Origin: Geosiphon pyriformis uo1
Lineage: Eukaryota > Fungi > Glomeromycota
Assembly: GCA_016748015.1 (NCBI GenBank)
Contig: JAAOMT010000072.1
Span: 73,012-137,011, forward strand
Length of the DNA: 64,000 bases
Direction of reading: 5' to 3'
Position numbers and translations under genes: made by a program. The notes below the pieces were generated by a model. It saw only the letters and a list, made by a program, of their open reading frames with translations. It made no database searches and was not told where the DNA came from. This document shows, piece by piece, positions 26,538 through 37,227 of the stretch; within the stretch, counting starts at the first letter, position 1; the number at the start of each line of letters is the position of its first letter.

Positions 26538-27850
26538 ATAGACTTGGACAACTACTTTGCCTTAATAGAATTTTTGGGTAAAGGACAATACCCACCGAAA
26601 TACATATGACAACAAAGAAAACATTTGCGCAAACAATCAAATTTCTATTTGATTTGCCAGAACCAACTTTATAAAAGAAATAGAAAAGATCCTGACCGCC
26701 CCCAGAGAGTCATCAGATTTGAAGAAAAAGAAATTGTGATCTACAATATGCATACTGATCCATTAGCTGAACACTTTAGAAAAACAAAAACAATTCAGAA
26801 AACTCTAGCTTGCTATTATTGGCCTACCTTGGGAAAAGACATTGTTGAATACATTAAAAACTGTAATATCTGCCAAAGAAAAGGAAAACCCAATTGCAAA
26901 GAAGATATCCATCCAATCTCTGTTGGTCAACCCTTTGACAGAATTGGTATAGATGTTATTGGATCTTTAACAATAACTCCTGATGACAACAGATATATTA
27001 TCACAGCTACTGACTATCTTACAAAGTGGGTAGAAGCAAGAGCCACTCCAGACCAAACAACAGTCTTAATAGCTAATTTCATTTATGAAGATATTATTTG
27101 TCACCATGGCTGCCCCAAAGAACTTTTATCTGACAGAAGAAGAGCTTTTCTCAGTACACTTATTGAAGAACTTTGCAGAAAAATGGGAATACGTTACAAA
27201 CTTTCTTCTCCTTATCACTCTTAAACAAATGGTCTAGTAGAACATTTCAATAGAACACTATGTGAAACCCTAACCAAAACCAGCAAAAAAACAAACTTAT
27301 GGGACAAAGTACTGCCTTCAGCCTTGTTTGTTTATAGAACTGTGAATCATGACATAACAAGTTACAAATTTTTTTATCTACTCTATGGACAAATGGCAAC
27401 CCTACCAATAGAAACTGACATTGAGACAATATTCTTTGAAAAAATCACAATAGAGAATTACAAAGACATTTTGCAAAAAAGACTTGGTACTATTCTTGAC
27501 TTATTAGTAGAAGCATGGATAATTGCCTTTAAAAAGATAAAACAATTCCAAGAGAAGCTTAAGAAAAAAAAACATATAAAACACTTTTTTTAAGTATTGG
27601 TGACTTAGTTTTAGAATACCGTTCAGACAGAGACAATGTCTATGGTAATAAATTCTCTAGCCGGTGGAAAGAACCCTTTATAGTCAACAAAGTTTTAAAC
27701 AATGGTTCTTATATCTTACAAGATCAATATGGAACAATCTTCAATGATTGCCCTGTTCATAACACATGACTCAAAAAATATTACAAATGACCTGATTGGT
27801 TACCTGTTATGGTAATACCGACCCAAATGATCAACAAAAATCAGATATAA
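26538..27850 (+). pseudogene. Integrase of B (separate ORF)
   Basis: GQYP..LY N-motif, H-H-CxxC, IGID, LSD, GLVE, W(D)GPF-like motif. Confidence 0.9.
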
Positions 27851-27891
27851 ATAAATGCATCATTCCCAAAACAGAGGTATCTTCAATTAAC

Positions 27892-28548
27892 ATGAACAAT
27901 TATTTTCTAGATCAAAACATTTAAAATGCTTTCTACACTTTCCATAAGTACTGGATCAAAAATTATTCAAATACTACTCTGACCATTGGAAAACAAACCA
28001 CCATAACTGATAACAGTGGAACACATACTGTTATTAGACCAAAGAAAACCACTATCAAAAGAGAAAGAATTGGTAGCAAAATGGATAAGTATTTGCTAGA
28101 AAGCATAACAGCAGCAATACTTATATCTTCCATAACAATTAGAAAAACGATTAAGGAAATCTTGTCCATAGACAAAAACTTGTCATATGAAAGGCAACTA
28201 GAACTCTATGATTGTCTTGGTGAAATCATAGAAGAAATGAAGCTTATAAAGAAAACAACTTCAGAAATACAAGTGGAAATTTTGGGCATTATATGTTTAA
28301 ATGTCCCAAGAGTTTTGACCATTGCAAGAAGAGCCAAAACTCTTATACAAAGATTTGGTCTCTTGGATATAAAGCTTATTTCACCTCAAGTACTATATAC
28401 TCTATTCACAAAAAACTTCAACAAACTAGTTAGTTTTGAGTTAGACAAAAACCTTCAATTAGAATACCCTATAAATAGCTTGATTTCACTGGAGCTCAAT
28501 CTCTTTGGAGAGAATAATGTTATGATTAAAACCCATAATTTTTATTAG
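27892..28548 (+). pseudogene. ORF3 of B (~218 aa, unknown function), spans the PPT into the 3' LTR
   Basis: ATG 27892 is in frame with ORF 28081-28548. One TAA at 27922 is CAA in B'. Confidence 0.8.
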
Positions 28549-29233
28549 TTATCACATGTATTAGTCACTAATGTCATATAATTAACCACTCTATTTTTAG
28601 ATAGTGATCATTGACCTGATCAATAACCTGACCATTGACTTGATCATTGACCTGATCATTGACCTGATTATTGACCTAGTCATTGATCTGGTCATTGACC
28701 TGGTCATTGACCACTTTCAATAGCTATATAAGCAATGAGTCTCTTAATTATAGAAAATCATCTCTTAGACAAGAATCAAATAAATAAAAATAACAACTTT
28801 CATCTCAATCATTCTCTTATCACTAATTTCTCTTTCCCTACCTTTAAGTATCCAAACATTTTAGGATAAAAGATTACTTGTTGGCCTTTTTCTGTTTGAA
28901 TAATTGTAGTATTTGAAAACTATTTGTATAAACATGACTGAAGAGCACAAGTTGATACCTGATATTGAATTCTAAGAGTGTCGATGTGAAGGCATAGAAT
29001 TAATACCAGTGGTGATCAATTGTTGACAGTATGGACTATCTCTTTACCTTTAGATTCTCTTGTTACCTTTTGAAAAGAATAGTGACTGAGATATTTTATG
29101 AGACTGATCTTGCACATTGAATCCATACTCATTCAATTCGTTCATTGAAGTTGAATCCCCTTTTATTATTTCTATTACCCTACAATCCTGTTCTTCCTTG
29201 CTACCCATTAGCTTGTTACTCCAACCCATAACA
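28518..29233 (+). repeat. 3' LTR of B (716 bp)
   Basis: Direct repeat of the 5' LTR plus five extra 12-bp units. Confidence 0.95.
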
Positions 29234-29237
29234 ATAC

Positions 29238-32200
29238 TCAAGCCATAAATCTAGTAATGAACAGATCATCTAATTTGGATTCTAAATTGAAACAATTCAG
29301 TGATTTGATCAATCAGAAATTAGAAGAATATTTAGCTAACAATCAAACAATATATCAACCTCCACAATAATGCAACAATCAGAAAAACTCAAATCATTCC
29401 CAAAATCAATTGTGCTCATTATTGTCAACCAATCAGTAATGGCAACAAGAAACATGTGTTTGTCACTATTGTGATAAACAGAACCACCTGTAAATTAACT
29501 GCTACCATTAATTAAATAGCCAATGATCAGGAAACCAATATCAAAATTCCAATCACTAGTTTCAAACTCTGAGATATCAACTCAACTCAGAACTATATCA
29601 ACTAAATTACCTACCAATAATGCAGCTTCCAGTTTATCAATTACTCATTTATCAGACTCCAGTACCAGTTATTTATCAACTACAGCCACAAGTAATATAT
29701 CAATTTCAACAAATTCAAACACTACCACCAGTTCCAACTCCAATGTTACCTGGAAACCAAAGACAAAGAACCATTTAACAAAACTAAAGATCAGCAATGA
29801 TTGTTCATTAACCAATCTCCAGTTTATTCACTCAACAATCAGGATCTCACCAGTGGAGTTCAGAAACCAGGTACACTCAAAATCCAAACTTTTAGAACTA
29901 TTTAAGTCTTCTGATTACTCCAGAAAATGCCTCAAATAATGACTCAAAAACAATTCCAAAAAGATCAATCAACAACAACATACCTCCAGCCACCATTACC
30001 AATAATGAATTGCTAGCAGCAATTTTTTCCTTTGACTTTGAAACACCAACAACAACACTTTTATTTAATAGAATCATCCTTAACACCAAACTTATCACTG
30101 CAATATACATTAATGCCAAGATTGATGACCATTCCATCAAACTGATCTTAGACAGTGGATCAACTGGTAGTATTATTACAAGACAACTCATGGACCAATT
30201 AAGTTACTAAGTTGATCATGCTGCCAGCACCAGAATTATTACAGCCAATAAAATAACCAAAACTCTTATTGGTGAAATCAACAACTTATCTATTGAAGTT
30301 AATGGCATTATTGTATTAATCAAAGTTTTGGTAATAGAAGCCATACAATACTAGGCTCTCATTGATAATAACTGGCTATTCAAAACCAATGCCATACTCA
30401 ATTGGACCATACAGGAGCTTTAGCTCAGTCAAAATAGGCAACACATTTTAGCACTGGCCATATGTGGACATTTCAGAGCTCCTTTAAAAAAAAAACAACC
30501 ATTGATTGAGCTAGAAAAAAAAAAAAAAAACTTACTTGGAAAGCTTATCAAGTTTCATAAGCCAATGATAACCACAATAAACTACTACCAATTTTGTTCT
30601 AAGAAAATAAAGGAAAAAGAAATGAAAAAGAAAAAGACCTACTTAAAGAAGAGTCATAAGAAGAAATAGCTGTCAAAGAAACTAATGGCTGGGAAAGATT
30701 GTATTTTACTAACACCAGACCAAAACCACCATATATACCCCTTAAGTGTAAAGACTACAAAAAGAAATTGTCTTCCATGAGAGCATAGATTACATCTAAT
30801 GAAAACCATTAGACAAGAACCTATTATTACTGCAAGCCTTGTCACCATAAACACTATGGTTATCCCAAATGTTAAGGAAAGTAAGACAATGAATCATATC
30901 TTGCATGTAAAGAACAGTTGCTTAACAAAAGAATATGGAACAATATTCCTGGTTGAGAAGAAACATGTGACACTTTATGCCAGTACACAATCCTCATCAA
31001 TGACTGGGTGAGTTGTGGATACTCATTACTGCAATCTGGCACTAAGCAATTTTTCACTTGAATAGTTATTCACATAATGAAGATGAGATTTGGCAAATAA
31101 CAAATGCCAAAGTTGAAGGAACCACACTTAGCAAAATCTTGGAAATTAAAAATAATCCTTCAGAACCAGTCGACATTGTCCTTATCCCTAACCCAAATGC
31201 TTTTCTCAACATAGAGACAAATTCAGAGAAGTTTCATGAACACTATCAGAATTTAGCACCCACAAGAAAAAAACAAGAGCAGTGTTTAGCACAACTAAAC
31301 ACCTAACTATGTGACCACTGTTTAATTTTATGTGATTTCTAATATTGTAATAAATGTAACCTTATTTACAACCCGCCAATGTGCATAATCTACACAATTC
31401 CCAAAAAAAAGAACCAATCAGCAGCTGTGCATCAAAATTGGAATCAATTTTCAATTCCAATTCTAACTCTGACAATGATGATAATAATAACAATAATTCT
31501 AGCTCTGTTCCATATGGCAACCAAAATAACAACAATTTAAACTTTGATTCAAATCCCAATTAATATATTGTGCTTTTTGATCTCACCAAGAAGCAGAAAC
31601 TGAAATAGTTTAGTAATAATAACAAAAATATTATGCCAGAATGTGCACATAATACTGATACCAGGTTTGATCTGAGATATTCAGAAAAAGATGCCATTAA
31701 ATTAGAATTACACTTACACACAAGCATTGATCTTAAAATAACACTAGAAATTCCAGCAATAATAGTTTAACTAGCATCAAAAAGTAGTCTAGTAAAAAAA
31801 AAGATTAATATAAGAGGAGTAATAATTGATGCAGGATATGTAGGAAATATTATTGCAATACTACAAAATAATTCAGAAAAGACCTACATTATAGAGCCAA
31901 ATGAAAAAATAGCACAGACAATATTTTTGCCTTTGGTTAAAATAGCTCAATTAGTATTAATGAGAAACCAAAAAGAATTAGGAATTACAGTTAAAGAGAT
32001 TAGTGAATTCGGATTCATGGGTAGAATAGATGTATCAGTTAACATAATAAAGAAAAAAATTGTTGACAAGGGAGAAATTATCTCCACCCATTAAGCAATT
32101 TCTATTCTATCATATGACAGGCATATGTTAGCAATAGAAAGAAAAGTAAAAGATTAGATTCAGATTTTTGAAGCAGAAGCAACCCTTTGTGAATCAGGAA

Positions 32201-33836
32201 AAATTGAATTAGTCAATCTACACATACTAGCCAAGAACCACAGTCACATTAAAATTTTCATTTACAACAACACAGGAAATGTTATTGAGATACCAAGAAG
32301 AACCATCATTGGATATTTAACCACCAGAATCAAGAACCAACTACCAAACCCCATTCCAGATTTTCTACAACTGTGTAGATACATTGACATAACATTACAA
32401 ACCATCTATAAACAAAACAAATGTTATTTGCTCTAACTAGAACAATTGGAACAAATAAACATAAAAAACTTAAACCCACTTCAATGTATGTAACTCAAGA
32501 TGTTACTCAACAACTTCACCAACATTTTTGCAAATAAAAACAAGTTTGGCAGAACTGACATAATTCAGTACCAGATTAAGACTAAAGATGCAATGCCAAT
32601 CAAACAAAAAACATATCAAGTACTACCAGCCAGCCATGAGATTATTTGTCAAGAAATCAATCAGATGCTTAACAACAGGCTAATTCAGCTATTAATAAGC
32701 CCATGGTTGTCACCAGTGGTACTAGTCTATAAAAAAAATGGAAAAATCCACTTTTGTGTGGATTACAAAAAACTCAATAGTGTAACTCATGGAGACAGTT
32801 ATCCAACTCCACAAATTCAGAAATTATTCAATGCTTTCAGAGAAAAGAAATGGTTTTCAACATTAAATCTAGATAGTGGTTGCTGGCAAGTAATCATGAA
32901 TTCAGAAAATAAGAAGAAGACAGTATTTACCACAAGAGAAGAGAATTTTAAATTCGAAGTAATACTATTTGACTTAACCAATACACCAGCTATATTCCAA
33001 TGGCTAATAGAAATTGTTTATACTGGACTATTATGGAAATCAGTAGTTATGTATTTAGATGACACCAATGTGTTCACAAAAACATTCAATGATCATCTTC
33101 ATTATTTCTAGCAAGTGTTTAAAAGATTGAGAAGAGCAGAATTGAAACTAAATGCAATTAAATGTTTCTTTGACAAGACAGAACTCAAGTTTTTGGGACA
33201 TGTCATAAGCAAAGAGAGTATTAAAACAGATTCAGATAAAATTGAAGTAGTAAAGTCTTTTCCAGTACTCACCAACTTGACCAAGCTAAGAGTGTTTTTA
33301 GAATTCACAGAGTACTATTCTACTTTATCAAAAACTTTTCCAAACTAGCTTAACTACTGCATCATCTACAAACCAAGAATGTTAAATATAAATGGACTAA
33401 AATACAACAAAAAGCTTTTGACATACTGAGAAAAAAGCTTATTTAAGCTCCAGTATTGATCTATTTAGATCATAGTAAACCATTCATTATTACCACTGAT
33501 GCATTAGGTCAAACATTGGGAGCAGTACTATCACAAAAAAGACCAGATGGAAGAGAACATCCAGTAGCATATGCCAGCCAAAAAGAACTATGAAACATCA
33601 GCACCAGAGCACTTAGCAATTTATTGGGCTGTCATGAAATAGAAGGAATACTTAAACCAGAAATTTAAAGTGCACACTAATTACAAAGGATTGACTTTAA
33701 TCCAGAAGCAAAAATTTGGAGACAATCAACATGTGAAATAAAAAATAGCACTTTCACCATATATTTTTACAGTACACTATAGAAAAAAAAAAAAAACAGA
33801 AATGCTGATAGTTTGTCACAAATGAAACAAATCTGA
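29238..33836 (+). pseudogene. gag C-part, protease, Cys-rich domain, dUTPase, RT, RNase H of A
   Basis: CHYC knuckle, LILDSGS, RT 'SPWLSPVVLV..FCVDY..MYLDD', RNase H 'TTDA..NADSLS'. Confidence 0.92.
31620..32030 (+). pseudogene. dUTPase domain of A
   Basis: Motifs D(A)GFDL, LAS(R)SS, GVIIDAGYVG, EKIAQ, (R)GxxGFGS(T)G, all recognisable despite decay. Confidence 0.9.
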
Positions 33837-33896
33837 ACATTTCAACCCAAAAATATAACAAAATCCAAACAGTTAAAAACAAAAATATAACATATA

Positions 33897-35156
33897 ATGA
33901 ACACACAAAAATATTAACAACTCTAATATTATATAAATACTTAACAGTTTAAGGAGAAATTATCTCAAAAGAAACAAAACAACATAAAATAACAATCAAA
34001 ATATTTTATCAACTATCAAAATATACTTTACTGGAAGAACAAAAAAAATTCAGATCAACCAACCAAAGTAATTACAGAGCTAGAAAAAAAGACAATATTG
34101 TTCAATATGCACTCAGATCCAACAGCAGGACATTTTCATAAAAAAGCAACCATAGAAAAAACCAAAAAAAGATATTATTGGTCATTAATGTATCCAGAAA
34201 TTATCTAATATGTTCAAAATTGTGATGCTTGTCAGAGAAGAAAAGAAACAAGACCCAGTAAACTATTAAGACCAATTAAAGTGGGACAATCATTCAATTG
34301 TATTGGAATTGACTTAATCAGACTATTAAACATAACCAGCAGAGACAACAAATACATTGCAGTAGTCATGAATTATCTCACTTTGTGAATAGAATATTAG
34401 CAAAATTAAGTCAAAGATTTGGAATTAAAAGACTATTATTATTATCATATTATTCACAAACCAATGGGCTAGTAGAAAGATTTAATAGAACATTGTGTAA
34501 AGCAATTGCCAAGATCAGCCAAAAAAACCAAGATGAATGAGATGTGTTTATACTATCAGTATTATTTGCTTATCAGACAATAAAACAAGATACCACACAA
34601 GCAACACCATTTGAATTAGTATATGATAGAATAGCAATATTACCAATTGAGATAGAAGTCAACACATATCTAACAGAATCAATAACTAAAGATAATTTTC
34701 AAGAAACATTGCTAAAAAAAACATATAACTTAATGAAAACTCTAAAAAACAAATGACAAAAAGCAGCTGATAACATCCAAAAGTCACAAAAAAAACAAAA
34801 AAAAAAGACATGATAACCAACTACCAGATAAACTAGTTGAATTCAAGATTGGAGACAAAGTACTTTTATATTATACCAAAGCAGAGAAACAATGGAGTAG
34901 AAAATTTGATCCCAAATAGAACAGACCATTTTACATAGAAGAAATTCTAGGAAATAGAGCTTATAAATTAAGATTGAACAACAAAATTCTAATCAAAGCA
35001 GCACATAGAGATTGATTGAAACCATATTACAATATAGCATCATCATCCACCAGTAATATTTTACAGTTAGGAGTACAGAGAATACTAGTCTGACCAGATA
35101 AGATTCCATAAAATCTAGAACCAATCATTATTATTAACACAAACACATTAAATTAA
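33897..35156 (+). pseudogene. Integrase of A (own ATG; internal deletion near 34380)
   Basis: HSDPTAGHF..CDAC, IGIDL, GLVERFN. The segment carrying the second catalytic Asp is deleted. Confidence 0.88.
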
Positions 35157-35210
35157 TCAACCAAAGAAATATATAAAAACATGATAAATGTGACAGAAAA
35201 TATCAGAAAA

Positions 35211-35890
35211 ATGGAAATTACTAACAATATTCACTTACTAGCACAACAATTCTTTTAATTAATTCAACAACAGAATATAAAAATTACTATTAACCAACAA
35301 ACCATTTAATACAGAGATACCAAAAAGATATTCCAATACAAAGTATAGAGAAAACCAAAAAACACCATCAACAAAATAATTTTAAAAATAAAATTGGTAA
35401 TAGAAAAGCCAATAAGAGTCACTTCATATTAAGAATTGACCAAAAAAACTTAGAATTGATAGATACAAAAATTTTCAAGAAACTTTTGTTATTTCTACTT
35501 GAGACAATACTTAAATATCCAAAACTTATATACAGATAAGACAAAACAATTATTTGATCCAGAAATTTTACAACAACTTAAGCAATTTATGAGAAAGAAC
35601 AATCTAATTACACAAGCACAAACCATCTATCGATTACAAATTGGATTTCAAGACTGACCAGAAATCTTACTCAATCCAGCAATGAATACTATTACTATTA
35701 ACCAAATGAGAAAAATAACCAATGCTCAATTTGAAAATTACAGAACAAGATAACACAAGTAATTCTTAAAAAGAAAGTTTAAAAAATACTTAAAGATGGA
35801 GAGTTAGAATTAAGAAATCTCAATAGAGTTCAATATTAAAAGAAGGAAATAATGTTACTCTTAAAATATAAAAAATATATTAGCATATAA
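35211..35890 (+). pseudogene. ORF3 of A (decayed)
   Basis: ATG 35211 'MEITNNIHLLAQQFF..ITINQQT'. Positional and sequence homolog of B and C ORF3. Confidence 0.65.
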
Positions 35891-36713
35891 ATTAACCAAT
35901 CAAAAGTAGCTATAGTAAAAATGAAATTCCAAGATTTCTCTCAAAGGAATTGCAAGATTCCAGGAATTTTAGGATTCTTATATAAAGAATTGCAAAATTC
36001 CAGAATTCCAGAATTTCTCTTAAAGAAATTGCAAGATTCCAGGAATTCCAGGATTTCTGGTGTAAAAAATTGAGAAATTAAAGAATCTCAATTATGTATA
36101 TATAGTGATAGCATTAAAAGTAAAAAAAACAGACTTCTCAGTTTAGATTTCATCTAAACAACCTTTTAATCCACAAATATCAATAAATAATTATTTGCTA
36201 TCTTAATTCACTCTTTACTATCAACACTTCATGTTAATAGTCAGTGATACTTAACCATACTGAAACAATAGCTTTTGATCACAGCTATTGACAGAATACT
36301 AATATTTATTGCCTTGGCTTATTTCTTTAATTTTCTTTTATTTTATTTTTTTTCTTTTGTTATTTGTTGTTAACTAATTGAGTAAAAAGTAAAGCACTGA
36401 ATTATTGACATCACAGATAGTCTGGTAAAAGACCTAAAAATAAGAGTAACATCATACATATATTAATAGATAGCTTACCAAAAGGACACAACTGCCAAAA
36501 TAAAACTGGCCACCAAGCTGAGAAAGAAATTGGACGGAATTGCAATTCTGAAAAGCTATTAAAAACAACAGAATTTCTGTCTATTATACAAAGGACTTAA
36601 CTACAAAACTTTCAAATCACAAAAACCTTCAAATATTACCAACATCATCAAAAATTAGCACCAAGTTATGGGTTTGCTATTTGAATTAAGACCTCAAATA
36701 ATCACCTGTAATA
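35853..36713 (+). repeat. 3' LTR of A (861 bp)
   Basis: Direct repeat of 19070-19914, after the PPT. Confidence 0.95.
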
Positions 36714-36717
36714 ATGT

Positions 36718-37095
36718 TATTGGATTGATAAATTGTTGATACTAATTTTAATTTTGTTTTATTTTTAAAAAACTATTCATATTAGTGTGTAATTTTTTTG
36801 GTTTGTAATATACAATATATTTGTAATTAGTAAAAAAAGTCAGTCTATTAGAATTGTTTTGCACTATATTTTAAACTTTTTTATTAAGCCATTTAAAATT
36901 AATATTATTAGTAATAATATTAAACTTAAATCTATTTTGGAGATATTTTTAGAAGTGTTTAAAAGCTCAGATAATGGCTGTTATTTTTATTTTGGTTAAG
37001 CCATATTTTATTTCAGTGAGTTTAAGAGTTTTATTAGCATAGATAATAACTTTTTTATTGTTTTGGTTATCTAATTATAATAAGATAACATTAAA
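36718..37095 (-). pseudogene. RNase H fragment of element D
   Basis: Reverse complement matches 56220-56570. Contiguous with 19069 and with 43906 once A and the LINE are removed. Confidence 0.75.
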
Positions 37096-37227
37096 ACTTC
37101 TTTCTCTCCTTCGTCCCAAATTCCTGAAAAAAAGTCATATTTTGAAAGAAGTTTTTTCTGTTATTTCATACTGTCTTCCAATACTTTACAAGAAACAAAT
37201 CCTTTTGTTGTTGTTTTGGCTGCTCCT

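Larger units (their letters stand above)
21527..29233 (+). mobile_element. Full-length B-family LTR retrotransposon B (7707 bp) nested in A gag
   Basis: LTRs 21527-22182 and 28518-29233. Perfect TSD ATAC (21523-21526/29234-29237). Removing it restores the A gag frame. Confidence 0.97.
19070..36713 (+). mobile_element. Full-length A-family dUTPase-bearing LTR retrotransposon A (contains nested B)
   Basis: LTRs 19070-19914 and 35853-36713. TSD ATGT (19066-19069/36714-36717). PBS 19917-19933, PPT 35838-35852. Confidence 0.95.

Noticed and set aside
27892-28548. ORF3 as an env gene
   Set aside because: No signal peptide, transmembrane helix or fusion-protein features.
28609-28715. Short repeat arrays as CRISPR
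   Set aside because: Head-to-tail 9-12 bp units with no spacers, inside LTRs, and no cas genes.
29523-29939. Ser/Thr-rich ORFs (also 2468-2893, 52447-53070) as overlapping genes
   Set aside because: They are shifted frames of the Gln/Pro-rich gag tail. They stay open because C>T decay creates stops mainly in the CAA-rich true frame.
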